Below are positions 32,689-42,937 of a DNA stretch of 64,000 nt, one piece after another. The stretch's first letter is position 1, and each line of letters opens with the position of its first letter. A program made the position numbers and the translations under genes. The stretch comes from an uncultured Candidatus Saccharibacteria bacterium (GTDB lineage Bacteria > Patescibacteriota > Dojkabacteria > GCA-016699595 > JBAXKR01). Under the pieces are notes generated by a model that worked only from the letters and a program-made list of their open reading frames with translations, had not been told where the DNA came from and did not search any database. The stretch covers positions 95,668 to 159,667 of the forward strand of contig CAYSFE010000001.1 in NCBI GenBank assembly GCA_964430225.1, given 5' to 3'.

Positions 32689-34023
32689 TTATTTTTCAGT
32701 TCCGTGTTGTTTATCTAGTTCTCTGTATCTAGCCTGTTCCTTTACAAAGAATAGATCAATGATACCAGTAGGACCATTTCTATGTTTTGCAATTATTAAT
32801 TCAGCTCCTCCTTTATTCTCACTCTCTTTATTGTACATATCCTCTCTGTGTAAAAACATGACAATATCCGCATCTTGTTCAATTGCTCCTGACTCACGAA
32901 GATCAGATAATTGAGGTCTTCTATCATTTCTAGATTCTACAGCACGTGATAACTGAGAAAGAGCTATGACAGGTACATCTAATTCACGAGCAATGTTTTT
33001 TAATTGTCTAGATATATCTGATACTTCCTGTACTCTATTCTCTTTATTCGTTCCTTGTATTAGCTGTAAATAGTCAATAAATATGATGTCTAAACCTTTT
33101 TCCATCTTGAGTCTTCTAGCTTTAGTACGTATTTCAGTGATAGATGCTCCTGGAGTATCATCAATAAACAAATTGGTTTCAGCTAAGATTCCCATTGCAT
33201 CAGAGAGAGATGAAAAATCTTTATCACTTAGTCTTCCCATTCTAAGATCCCATAAATTAGCTCCAGTCTGCATAGCAAGAAGTCTATCCATAAGCTGCAT
33301 ATTTGCCATTTCAAGAGAGAAGAATCCAACTGATTTCTTTTCTTTAACAGCTGCATATCTTGCAATATCAAGAGCTAATGAAGTTTTACCAACAGAAGGA
33401 CGAGCTCCAAGAACTATCATATCTGAATTCTGAAATCCTCCAATTATATTGTCTAGTTTTCCAAATCCCGTCTTTATTCCAGATACCTTTGATTTTGATT
33501 TATCAATATCACTAGCTCGCTCAAAAGCTCTCTCAAGTAATTCACTAACATGTACAAAATCTTTTTTAATATTATCTTCAGTTATCTGAAATATCCCTGC
33601 TTCACACTCATTAAGGATATCAGCTATTGGAGTATTCTCCTCATGTGCTGTCTCACTAAACTTATTTCCTAGTGAAATTAGTTTTCTTCTAATACTTGTT
33701 TCTTTAACAATATTTGCATATTCTTCTAAATGAGCTGATATTGGTAATACTGAGGATAGTTCTGTTAAATATGTCATTCCTCCAACTCGAGAAAGTAACT
33801 TTTTTCTCTTAAGTATGTCTGAAAGTGTGAGGATATCTATGGCCTTACGTTCTTCAAACAGTTCTAACATACACTGATATATATCTTTATTGTGTGGATG
33901 ATAGAAGTTATCTGGCTTAAGTATTTCTACAAGTTTGTATATAGCCTCTTCGTCTATGAGGATCGATCCTAAGACAGATTTCTCAGCATCTAGGTTTTGG
34001 GGTGGTAGTTTTAATTCGGCCAT
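32689..34023 (-). CDS. dnaB: replicative DNA helicase DnaB
   Basis: N-terminal domain PPQNLDAEKSVLGSIL, Walker A GARPSVGKTSLALD, and RecA-like motifs. Confidence 0.9.
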   Translation of the reverse strand: MAELKLPPQNLDAEKSVLGSILIDEEAIYKLVEILKPDNFYHPHNKDIYQCMLELFEERKAIDILTLSDILKRKKLLSRVGGMTYLTELSSVLPISAHLEEYANIVKETSIRRKLISLGNKFSETAHEENTPIADILNECEAGIFQITEDNIKKDFVHVSELLERAFERASDIDKSKSKVSGIKTGFGKLDNIIGGFQNSDMIVLGARPSVGKTSLALDIARYAAVKEKKSVGFFSLEMANMQLMDRLLAMQTGANLWDLRMGRLSDKDFSSLSDAMGILAETNLFIDDTPGASITEIRTKARRLKMEKGLDIIFIDYLQLIQGTNKENRVQEVSDISRQLKNIARELDVPVIALSQLSRAVESRNDRRPQLSDLRESGAIEQDADIVMFLHREDMYNKESENKGGAELIIAKHRNGPTGIIDLFFVKEQARYRELDKQHGTEK

Positions 34024-34577
34024 TATTCAAAACGTATTAATTTGGTATTTACTTCTTCTACATTCTCAAATTCTTCTGCTTTTACTTTTATTTTCTTTAC
34101 TACTTCTGATTGTTCTCCATATTGTTTTTCAAAATCAAATAACTCTTCTTTAGAATGATCTTGTAATACTAAGTATGCAGGCTCTATTTCAGATACTAAG
34201 TCTACTCTCTTTTCTATGCTCTTAGCATCTCCTGGGGTAAAGATAAAGAAATGGATATCTGGTAAGTTCTCAACCATTTCTTTAGGAAGATCAGTAACTT
34301 CTCCTGATAACCAAAGAACATGAATACCTTCGAATGTGATTAATGCATAATTCACATCTGCTTTATATTTAGCATCTATTTTATATAGATTTAGTAGAAC
34401 TTCACTGTTCTCATACTCCCCTGCCTTATATATATAGTTACCTACAACATCTTTGTCAAAAGTATTTAGAGCTACTAAAACATCTCCTTCTTTTTCATTC
34501 TTTTTGGTTGGGTTTAATAGAAAACTCTTTAAAGTCCCTTGGAATTTGAGGGAACCGTTTACAAGATTTATTTGCAT
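34023..34577 (-). CDS. hypothetical protein; its stop overlaps the dnaB start
   Basis: 184-aa ORF. It occupies the position where rplI often sits but shows no L9 similarity. Confidence 0.4.
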   Translation of the reverse strand: MQINLVNGSLKFQGTLKSFLLNPTKKNEKEGDVLVALNTFDKDVVGNYIYKAGEYENSEVLLNLYKIDAKYKADVNYALITFEGIHVLWLSGEVTDLPKEMVENLPDIHFFIFTPGDAKSIEKRVDLVSEIEPAYLVLQDHSKEELFDFEKQYGEQSEVVKKIKVKAEEFENVEEVNTKLIRFE

Positions 34578-34685
34578 GATAGATATATTGAAAAATAATA
34601 CATGATATTACTATGTTTGTCATGACTTTACCACAATCAAAGTAACATTTGTTACAAATATTTCGCTTTACTGATTTAAATCAAA

Positions 34686-34988
34686 TTGTTATTGTATTCT
34701 CATAACATTTTACCTATATTATCTATGAAGAATAAAGGAGAGATTTTATATAAGGCCCTAATGAAGGCTAGCAGCCCTAAAGAGATAGAAATGCTTCTTA
34801 GTATCCTACTAGGAAAACAAGAAGTTAAAAGGATGATTCAGAGGGCAAAAATAGTAGAAGCCTTATTAGAAAGAATAAAGTATAGAGAGATTATAAGAAT
34901 TACAGGAGCATCAAGTGCAACCGTTGCAAAGATGAGTAAAGATATTGATGGAGTGAAATTAGATAAGTTCTTTTTAAGAAGAGCTTAA
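34686..34988 (+). CDS. TrpR/YerC-YecD-like small HTH protein
   Basis: 100 aa. The helix-turn-helix EIIRITGASSATVAKMSKDI resembles the Trp-repressor-like family. Confidence 0.5.
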   Translation: MLLYSHNILPILSMKNKGEILYKALMKASSPKEIEMLLSILLGKQEVKRMIQRAKIVEALLERIKYREIIRITGASSATVAKMSKDIDGVKLDKFFLRRA

Positions 34989-35008
34989 AATCAAATAGCC
35001 AGAGTCAG

Positions 35009-35036
35009 CCCCACTTTCCCACAGTGGGGTTTTTAT
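35009..35036 (+). terminator. rho-independent terminator
   Basis: CCCCACT stem, ttcccac loop, AGTGGGG stem, then TTTTT. Confidence 0.6.
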
Positions 35037-35105
35037 TGCATAAATACCAATAAGAGGAATATAATCCACAGCTAATCCGTAATTTAATCTATTAATTATG
35101 CTTTT

Positions 35106-36038
35106 ATGGCCAATGTATTAGGACAAGAAGGAATAGCTTCAGCTATTATTGATGTTGTTAACAATACTAAATTTGACACAGGTACTATCGAAACACCCCA
35201 TCAACGAGCAATGGATCAAATACATTCATTACCAGGCTCAGAAAAATCTCTCACTCCTGGAAGAGAATATATTGATACAAGAACAGGAAACCGCTTAGGA
35301 GTATATAGACCTACAACAGAAATTTCCAAAGGTCAAACAGTAAAAAAACATATATTCAAATTAAATAATAATAATTTGGCATCATTAGAAGTAACTACAT
35401 TAGATGATCCATTTAACTATGTTGTCCCAACTTCTGATTATGCTGGATACTTGGGATACTTAAAAACTTATAAAGACCAGGTCTCTAATGTCCTAGAATC
35501 TTTCGACAGTGCGGCAAGAAAAGTATTAGATGATCTTTGTTCTCGTTCACAAGGTTTACTTGTTCATTTCTTACAAAGAAGCAGACTTCATGCTTTCAAT
35601 GCAAAAAGCAGACTTAATGTAGTTCTTGGAAATACTAAAGATACTGATGTTTACGATTCTATGACTAAACCAATTCAATCCGCAGTAGATAAATACAGAG
35701 AAAGATTAGCAGCTTCAATGTTGAGAATGGGACGTAGCTTAAATGATTCACAGATACATGTAAATGAGGTTTATAAGCTTATTAGGCCCGATAATTCCGT
35801 TACTCTTCTTGCGGTAAGAAGTAGAATAACTTCATATAGTAATGGGAGTTTTGAAGTATTTAGTGGTGGTAGACCTATTATTTGTAACAGAAATGATGTT
35901 ATAGTCCAAGTAAATGAATTTACCAGAATGGAAGAACAAGTTGAAAAGTTAGTAATCAGTACTTATCCCCGCCTAATTGCTAGTCTAAGGTCAGAATTCT
36001 CCAAAAGAATATTAGGTCAAGTAATAGAGAAAGAATAA
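35106..36038 (+). CDS. hypothetical protein (310 aa)
   Basis: Stand-alone ORF between a terminator and rpmE. No family recognised. Confidence 0.45.
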   Translation: MANVLGQEGIASAIIDVVNNTKFDTGTIETPHQRAMDQIHSLPGSEKSLTPGREYIDTRTGNRLGVYRPTTEISKGQTVKKHIFKLNNNNLASLEVTTLDDPFNYVVPTSDYAGYLGYLKTYKDQVSNVLESFDSAARKVLDDLCSRSQGLLVHFLQRSRLHAFNAKSRLNVVLGNTKDTDVYDSMTKPIQSAVDKYRERLAASMLRMGRSLNDSQIHVNEVYKLIRPDNSVTLLAVRSRITSYSNGSFEVFSGGRPIICNRNDVIVQVNEFTRMEEQVEKLVISTYPRLIASLRSEFSKRILGQVIEKE

Positions 36039-36140
36039 ACTGAATATTATATTCAACTTAAATAATTGGAAAATATCAATTGCTACAACATATGTATCTA
36101 GGGTATAATGTTGAGGTTTAAGTCAATATATATAGAAGAT

Positions 36141-36467
36141 ATGAAATCAAATATACATCCAACATACTACAAAGACGCTAAGGTTATTAGTGCAGGTAAA
36201 GTCATATTTACTACTGGTGCAACAGTTCCAGAGATAAGAGTAGATATTCACTCAGGTAATCACCCCTTCTATACTGGTAAACAAAGAATCATAGATACAG
36301 AAAACTTAGCAAAGAAATTTGAAAAGAGATCTCACTCTATTAACACTTCTCAAGTACTTGCAAAGAAAGCTAAAAAGATTGAAAGAGTTAGAAAAACCAC
36401 AAAGATTGATACAGATAGTGGTAAACTAACCCTTAAAGATATGCTTAAAGAAATGCAAGGCAAATAG
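36141..36467 (+). CDS. rpmE: ribosomal protein L31, Cys-less type B, with a Lys-rich C-terminal extension
   Basis: MKSNIHPTYY...HSGNHPFYTGKQR matches L31 with all four zinc Cys replaced. The ORF track starts 33 nt upstream at 36108. Confidence 0.8.
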   Translation: MKSNIHPTYYKDAKVISAGKVIFTTGATVPEIRVDIHSGNHPFYTGKQRIIDTENLAKKFEKRSHSINTSQVLAKKAKKIERVRKTTKIDTDSGKLTLKDMLKEMQGK

Positions 36468-36470
36468 GTA

Positions 36471-37505
36471 ATGAATTCAATCGATGACTATAAAAAACGA
36501 GCTGATGAGCTTGAAACTAAACTATCTAGTGATCCTACAGTCTTTTTGGATCCTTCTAATGTAAAGAAACTTTCCAATGAACTTAAGAGCCTAAAACATA
36601 GGATTAGCCTACTTGATTTACATATCGATCTTAAAGGTAAGATTGAAAGAAATAGAGCTGCACTCCGAGAAGAAACTGATTCTTCACTACGTGAACTACT
36701 TAAAGTAGAAATTTCTGAATTTGAAGAAAAGACAAAAGTAATTGAAAAAGAACTTGAAGATATGGATAACCCTGATCTTCAACTAGATAAATCATCTTGT
36801 ATCGTAGAAATACGTGCTGGTACAGGAGGAGAAGAAGCAGCTTTGTTTGCTTCTGATCTATTCAAAATGTATTCAGCATATATTGCTTCTAAGGGATGGG
36901 AGCTTGCCCTACTCTCAGAAAGTTTTGGATCACAAGGAGGAATGAAAGAAATCATATTTGAAGTAAATGGAGAAGGTGCATTTGGAAAACTCAAAAATGA
37001 ATCTGGAGTACATAGAGTACAAAGAATACCTAAAACAGAAGCTGCAGGTAGGATACATACATCAGCAGTATCTGTAGTGGTACTTCCACAAATAGATGAA
37101 ACTATTGTTGAAATAAATCCAGCCGATATTCGAGTAGATGTATATAGGGCAGGAGGCCCTGGTGGACAAGGAGTAAATACTACAGACTCAGCAGTTAGAC
37201 TTACACATATTCCAACTAATACTGTAGTAACTTGCCAAGAAGGAAGAAGTCAGATAAAAAATAAAGAGCAGGCAATGGGAATTATGCGCTCTAAACTTTA
37301 CGAACTAGAACGTGAAAAGAAACTAAACGAGACTGGAGATATTAGAAAAAACGCTATTAAAGGTGGTGATAGATCAGATAAAATTAAGACATATAACTTT
37401 CCACAGAGTAGACTTACAGATCATAGAATAAAGAAGAGCTGGTTTAGCCTAGACCAGATACTTGCAGGTGACATAGATGAAATTTTAAGTGAAAAGATAA
37501 TATAA
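36471..37505 (+). CDS. prfA: peptide chain release factor 1
   Basis: GGQ motif (GGPGGQGVNTTDSAVRLTHIPT) and a PKT tripeptide at the RF1 PxT position, not the RF2 SPF. Followed by prmC. Confidence 0.9.
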   Translation: MNSIDDYKKRADELETKLSSDPTVFLDPSNVKKLSNELKSLKHRISLLDLHIDLKGKIERNRAALREETDSSLRELLKVEISEFEEKTKVIEKELEDMDNPDLQLDKSSCIVEIRAGTGGEEAALFASDLFKMYSAYIASKGWELALLSESFGSQGGMKEIIFEVNGEGAFGKLKNESGVHRVQRIPKTEAAGRIHTSAVSVVVLPQIDETIVEINPADIRVDVYRAGGPGGQGVNTTDSAVRLTHIPTNTVVTCQEGRSQIKNKEQAMGIMRSKLYELEREKKLNETGDIRKNAIKGGDRSDKIKTYNFPQSRLTDHRIKKSWFSLDQILAGDIDEILSEKII

Positions 37506-37508
37506 TCC

Positions 37509-38333
37509 ATGTTACCTAAGTGTTACGTTAAAGACCTTTTAGCAAAACATGTTAAAATACCCGTATCTTCAAAGCTATCAATACTTTCAAGTATTCTTTC
37601 CTTACCAAAAGAGAAGCTTTTAGTGTATGAGAAAGAACTATCTCATAGACATATACAACTTTTTGAATCAAAGTGTCAGGATCTATTATCTGGAGTACCA
37701 ATTGAGTACCTCACTAATCACTCCTCTTTCTTTTTTCTCGACCTATACATCACTTCAGATGTTTTAATTCCTCGCCCAGAGACAGAAAACTTAGTAGATA
37801 TTATCCTTAAAAGTAAAATTAAGCCCGTCAATGTTATAGAAATAGGGACAGGATCTGGTGCAATATCTATTGCTCTAAGTAAAAACCTTCCTAAAAACTT
37901 AAAATCCAAATTTTTGTCAATAGATATTTCAGAAAAAGCACTTAAAATTGCAAAACTAAACGCGAAGAAAAATTTGGTAGACAATATTACTTTTAAAGAA
38001 GTGGGCGTTAAGGACCTAAAGAATAACGAATTATTCGACTTAATAGTATCTAACCCACCATACATAAACTCTAAACAGATTCGGTACTTAGAAAAGAGTG
38101 TTAAACACCATGAACCACATATTGCTTTAGATGGTGGAAAGGATGGACTAGATATTGTAAGAGATATTTTAAACTTCTCTAAATCTCATTTAAATAAAAA
38201 TGGAGTAATATATCTCGAGATAAACTCAAAGAGACAGTATGAGAGTATAAAAAAGGAGTTTAAAAGTACATTTAAGACAATTAAACTCCTTAAAGATCAA
38301 TATGGTCGTTATCGATACATTTATTTATCGTAG
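37509..38333 (+). CDS. prmC: release factor glutamine N5-methyltransferase PrmC/HemK
   Basis: NPPY motif (VSNPPYI) and the SAM-binding IEIGTGSG. Confidence 0.85.
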   Translation: MLPKCYVKDLLAKHVKIPVSSKLSILSSILSLPKEKLLVYEKELSHRHIQLFESKCQDLLSGVPIEYLTNHSSFFFLDLYITSDVLIPRPETENLVDIILKSKIKPVNVIEIGTGSGAISIALSKNLPKNLKSKFLSIDISEKALKIAKLNAKKNLVDNITFKEVGVKDLKNNELFDLIVSNPPYINSKQIRYLEKSVKHHEPHIALDGGKDGLDIVRDILNFSKSHLNKNGVIYLEINSKRQYESIKKEFKSTFKTIKLLKDQYGRYRYIYLS

Positions 38334-39607
38334 TCACTCCTATCCCCTACTACCACAGAGACATTCTGAGTAGCACCTTTTCTCCATACTTCTAGGCTTA
38401 AAGTAGATCCTACAGCACTTGATTGAATAATTTCTAAGAATGATTCATTTTCTAAACTCTTTCCATTTGCTTTTGTAACTACATCACCTTTCTTAAGTCC
38501 TGCCTTATCTGAAGGAGAACCTACTTGTATTAAGGTTATAAGTGCTCCATTAAGAGTTGTGTCTTTTAGATAGTAAGTTCTTTGAGAAAAACTTACTCCT
38601 ATGAAAGGTTCTAAGAGTTTACCTTTCTCTGCAAATTCCGCTAATTTTACTTTTAGTCTGTTTATTGGAAGAGCAAATGAGATATTGTCAGCTCCTGAAG
38701 TAGTTGCAAAGTTAATTCCAATTACTTCAGCTTTTGAATTAAACAAAGGACCACCTGAATTTCCAGGATTTATTGGAGCATCTGTTTGAATAACTCCTTG
38801 ATACTTTTTGCCTTGAGTTCCAAATGTAGATCCAGCATTTACATCACGATTTAGTCCACTAACAATTCCAGATGTAACAGTTCCTGTAAGGTCTCCTAAT
38901 GGAGAACCAATTGCTATTACCATATTGCCCCTTTTTAGTTTATCTGAATCTCCTAGTTTAAGAGCTTGAAGATCATTTTTATTTACTTTTAAGATTGCAA
39001 TATCATTACCACGATCAAGATACACCTTATCTACAGGCACTGTATTTTTATCACTTCCAATTATTACAGAATATTCTAGAGATGCATTATCTACAACATG
39101 AGAGTTAGTTACTATGACTCCATCTGATCTAACTACAAATCCAGATCCAATATTTTGTTTACTACCTTCTAAGTTTCCTGATTCAAAAGCACTTGGATCA
39201 ACAGGTGAAGTAGCAACAACAGTCACAATACTTGGAGATGTTTCCTCTACCACCTTAGTGATTAGTTCTTCTTGAGTATTTAAATTTGATGTATCTAGCT
39301 CAAGAGTCTTACCTTGTTCAAATGTAGATTTAGGAGCATCAGTAGTACTTTCTGAACACTTTACTTCTTTGTATATGAAAGAATCTTTAAGAGAATTTGA
39401 ACACACAAATCTCTTTAGACTTCCATTTGCCCATACAAATATACCTGTTCCAACTACTATTAAAATCATAAGGATAACAAGACAGCCTGAAAAACAAGTA
39501 AGTCTTGATCTCCATCTACGCTTAGATATCTTTTGTCCTATTTCCTTATCTTTATTGACAATAGGGTTCACAGGTTCGCTATGGTTTGTGTTTGTATTTT
39601 CTTCCAT
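38321..39607 (-). CDS. HtrA/DegP-family serine protease with a PDZ domain
   Basis: Catalytic TNSHVV, D, and GNSGGPLFN. N-terminal transmembrane anchor and C-terminal PDZ. Confidence 0.85.
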   Translation of the reverse strand: MEENTNTNHSEPVNPIVNKDKEIGQKISKRRWRSRLTCFSGCLVILMILIVVGTGIFVWANGSLKRFVCSNSLKDSFIYKEVKCSESTTDAPKSTFEQGKTLELDTSNLNTQEELITKVVEETSPSIVTVVATSPVDPSAFESGNLEGSKQNIGSGFVVRSDGVIVTNSHVVDNASLEYSVIIGSDKNTVPVDKVYLDRGNDIAILKVNKNDLQALKLGDSDKLKRGNMVIAIGSPLGDLTGTVTSGIVSGLNRDVNAGSTFGTQGKKYQGVIQTDAPINPGNSGGPLFNSKAEVIGINFATTSGADNISFALPINRLKVKLAEFAEKGKLLEPFIGVSFSQRTYYLKDTTLNGALITLIQVGSPSDKAGLKKGDVVTKANGKSLENESFLEIIQSSAVGSTLSLEVWRKGATQNVSVVVGDRSDYDK

Positions 39608-39642
39608 TTGAGTAAAATTAAAATGTATTACATATCATGTAT

Positions 39643-40938
39643 TTACTTTATTAGTTTCTTTACTTCTTCTACTGCCAAATCTTTTTGGGCATCATTACCT
39701 TTCTTGATATCTTCTAAATCAGCATCTAGTTTAATATCAGGAACTATTGGTTTCTCACGAGTAAGTTCTGTTTTATCTGGTAACAACCATTTTTGTACAG
39801 TGATATGTAGTGATGCTCCATTCCATGTTGATGGTTCTATTATACTTTGAGCACTACCTTTTCCATATGTAGTACTACCAAGTAGTTTTGAACGGTTATT
39901 CTTAGATAAACTACCAGCAAGTATTTCAGAAGCTGATGCACTATTCCCATCTACTAATGTAATCATTGGGAGATCTTTAAGTTTGCCATCTTCTTCTACA
40001 GTATATGTTTCAGCTATACCATCTCTATCTCTAACATAAAGAACGGTTTTACCTTTTGTTAAGAAAGTACTTGCTACATGATAAGCACCTTGTAGATATC
40101 CACCAGGATTACCTCTAAGATCAAGTATCACCCCTTTAGGATTTTTACTTAATAGTTCTTTTTCTAGTTTGTCCCAATTATTATTAAACTCACTTAAACT
40201 TTCTTCAGTAAATCTTGATAGTCTTATCCTATATATTCCATTTCCCTCATCTACAAGGTCCATACTTTCAGAATGTATTGCTGCTCTAGTAATTTTTACT
40301 TCTCGTGAGTTAGCAATAGTAGTATCACTCACACTAAGTTTTACTTGAGTACCAGCTTTTCCTCTAATCTTACCTACAACAATAGATATTTCTTCATTTT
40401 CATTAATAGTAGAATCATCTACCTTTAGAATCATATCTCCAACCTTAAGAGTTGATTTTGATGCAGGTGAATCTGGAAGTAATCTCTTTACAATCACTCT
40501 CCCCCCTCTATATCCAAGCTCTGCTCCTATTCCTTCAAAATCTCCCCTAATACTTTTCTTGTAATCATTGGTTTCATCTGCAGTAAAGAAAATACTTGGA
40601 GAATCTCCTAAACTTTCTACCATTCCCTTAATAGCTCCATTGTATAGTTTAGCTACACTAATATCTTTATCTACATATTGAGTTTTAATTACATCATAAA
40701 CATCATTTATAAGTTTAGGATCGATTTTTTCTTTTGAACTTAGATTTAATCCACTTGAAATTGTGTCAAAAAAACTTGAAAGAGATACAGGCGTAGAAGT
40801 TTCAGAAGATATATTTGTTCTTACATCGGTTTTACCAATGAAATATCCAACAACAAAAAAAATTGCTACTAATACTACTGTTACAAAAACAAATGAGTAT
40901 GTTTTATTTGAATTTTTAGGCAAATGAACATCTTTCAT
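39643..40938 (-). CDS. C-terminal processing peptidase (S41, CtpA-like)
   Basis: DLRGNPGGYL and TYGKGSAQS catalytic Ser/Lys motifs, plus a PDZ domain. Confidence 0.85.
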   Translation of the reverse strand: MKDVHLPKNSNKTYSFVFVTVVLVAIFFVVGYFIGKTDVRTNISSETSTPVSLSSFFDTISSGLNLSSKEKIDPKLINDVYDVIKTQYVDKDISVAKLYNGAIKGMVESLGDSPSIFFTADETNDYKKSIRGDFEGIGAELGYRGGRVIVKRLLPDSPASKSTLKVGDMILKVDDSTINENEEISIVVGKIRGKAGTQVKLSVSDTTIANSREVKITRAAIHSESMDLVDEGNGIYRIRLSRFTEESLSEFNNNWDKLEKELLSKNPKGVILDLRGNPGGYLQGAYHVASTFLTKGKTVLYVRDRDGIAETYTVEEDGKLKDLPMITLVDGNSASASEILAGSLSKNNRSKLLGSTTYGKGSAQSIIEPSTWNGASLHITVQKWLLPDKTELTREKPIVPDIKLDADLEDIKKGNDAQKDLAVEEVKKLIK

Positions 40939-40949
40939 AAAAACTTATT

Positions 40950-41948
40950 CTAGCAGATATATGCTACCTCATCAAAACTTAAGTATTCGACTTTACCATC
41001 TTCAGTTTTTACCTCTAAATCAAAATCATTTACTGTTAAAACACTAACTTCTAAACCAAATAGTTTGTTACTGGTTACAAAAACCTTCATTCCTGGTTTA
41101 ATCTCAATGTATTCTTCTTCTTTTATACTCAGTGCTTTATCTACACTAAAACATAATGTATTTTGCTTACTAGATACAAAAGCTGATAATCCACTCATTC
41201 GAGATAGATTATTCACATACAGTTTATTTAATTCAAAACTTTCACTGACTCCGAATATATTAAAAAGATTATGAATTTTAGATGAAGAAGCACTAAATTC
41301 TGGTGATACTACAGAACAAATTATAACCTTAGGCGAATATTCATTTATTCTTAAATATTTCTCTTTATCAAGAACATCATTAACAAAAACTACTTTGTCC
41401 ATAATATCAAGTTCCTCAATATTTCCTTCTTTAGGAAAATATATAAATTCACCCATATATTCTCCTTTTCCAAAAGAAGAATTAAGTGAGATCGATAACA
41501 CATTTGATTTCACTTCTATACATTCTCCGCGAATAACTGTATCAATTGTTGCATTAGCACTGGCTCTAATCACACTTTCCTTAATTTCACCTAGTATTTT
41601 TAACGTTCCCTTTTTTATCTCACTTAAATCAACAAATCCGTCAAATTCTGATATTGCCTCATATTTCCCAAGTCCTCCCATTACAGATCTTTCAGCCAAT
41701 ATATCTCCCTCTGAGATATATTCTTTATCAAATACTTTTATATATTTCTTTACCTCTTGAGGCTTTACTTTTAATAGTTCTATTAAATTAAAAGTTTGAA
41801 GAACTTCAAAGTCTCTAGTTACCCCTATTATGTCATCTTTTTTTACTTTTTCTCCTGCATTAAAATTTAGTTTAGTTTTTAATGGCAACTCATATTTAAA
41901 GATTGAATCTTTAATATATTTAATTTTATTTAATCTTTTAATATACAT
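40950..41948 (-). CDS. hypothetical protein (332 aa)
   Basis: Long ORF whose stop overlaps the start of the upstream ORF. No family recognised. Confidence 0.4.
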   Translation of the reverse strand: MYIKRLNKIKYIKDSIFKYELPLKTKLNFNAGEKVKKDDIIGVTRDFEVLQTFNLIELLKVKPQEVKKYIKVFDKEYISEGDILAERSVMGGLGKYEAISEFDGFVDLSEIKKGTLKILGEIKESVIRASANATIDTVIRGECIEVKSNVLSISLNSSFGKGEYMGEFIYFPKEGNIEELDIMDKVVFVNDVLDKEKYLRINEYSPKVIICSVVSPEFSASSSKIHNLFNIFGVSESFELNKLYVNNLSRMSGLSAFVSSKQNTLCFSVDKALSIKEEEYIEIKPGMKVFVTSNKLFGLEVSVLTVNDFDLEVKTEDGKVEYLSFDEVAYIC

Positions 41949-42907
41949 TACGTTCTTTCTAATTCACTGAAATATGTAAAGTCTAAAACATTTGGGAATT
42001 CTTTAAACTTTTTATTACTCATTCCAAAGTTTACAAATACCTTTTTATCAAGTAACCCATACGTTTTCCATTTTGAAATTGAAACAGAACCATCTTCATC
42101 AAACATATATTTTAAAATTCTTCCAGTTATTCCATATACCTTTTGATCCATTTTCCCATCTAGTATATTTACCTCATTTATTTCCCCATATTTTGCACTA
42201 GAGAAGGCATTGATAATATATCCTAACCTCATTTCAGTATTAAGTTTTGATAACAAATCACTATCTTTTCCAATAAAAGATTCCCAAATAAGTCCAAACT
42301 TATCAACTTCTACCTTAATTACGGTAGTTGTATTAAATATTTGAGATAGGAGTACCATTACTTTATCTATATCAAAAAACTTGTATACATTAGGAGAAAG
42401 TACCACTCCATCTACTTTTCCAAATACAATCTTTGATGCTTGTACATTTGAAACAAATTTTAAATATATTGGATATAGACTTCCTAAATATGCACTTTGA
42501 TATGACCTAGCATTTAAGATATCTCTATTACATTCACTTAAGAAATCTTTATCAATAACTGGATCGATTGAAAAGCTATCTCTTTTTACTATTGTTCCCT
42601 TAGGACCGGTATATATGTGAAGTAGTTTAACAGACTCTAAAGTCATATCAAGATACACCAAATTTGAGAGTTTAGACTCATTTAAATGGTCTCCGAGTCT
42701 CTTAACGTCTACTTCTCCTTCCATGTTAAAGGTAATAGAAATAGAAGGCTTTAAGTAGCTAATTTTAAGGTATTCATTAAGTGAATTTTCAGGGATTTTT
42801 CTAGCTAATTGGTATGTATCAGAAGTCTCTTCATCAAACAAAAAAAGATCACATAGATTATTACTAGTATTTGAAATTATTTTTTTAGAAGAGTTTAATA
42901 GATGCAT
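41948..42907 (-). CDS. hypothetical protein (319 aa)
   Basis: Long ORF 30 nt downstream of rpsR. No family recognised. Confidence 0.4.
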   Translation of the reverse strand: MHLLNSSKKIISNTSNNLCDLFLFDEETSDTYQLARKIPENSLNEYLKISYLKPSISITFNMEGEVDVKRLGDHLNESKLSNLVYLDMTLESVKLLHIYTGPKGTIVKRDSFSIDPVIDKDFLSECNRDILNARSYQSAYLGSLYPIYLKFVSNVQASKIVFGKVDGVVLSPNVYKFFDIDKVMVLLSQIFNTTTVIKVEVDKFGLIWESFIGKDSDLLSKLNTEMRLGYIINAFSSAKYGEINEVNILDGKMDQKVYGITGRILKYMFDEDGSVSISKWKTYGLLDKKVFVNFGMSNKKFKEFPNVLDFTYFSELERT

Positions 42908-42937
42908 TTTTTATATGCATCTATTCTACTTTAGAAT

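Noticed and set aside
34023-34577. The ORF upstream of dnaB as ribosomal protein L9 (rplI), which it would be by position.
   Set aside because: The sequence MQINLVNGSLKFQGTLKSF... shows no resemblance to the L9 N-domain (MQVILL.DV..LG..G..V.V..GYARN) or C-domain.
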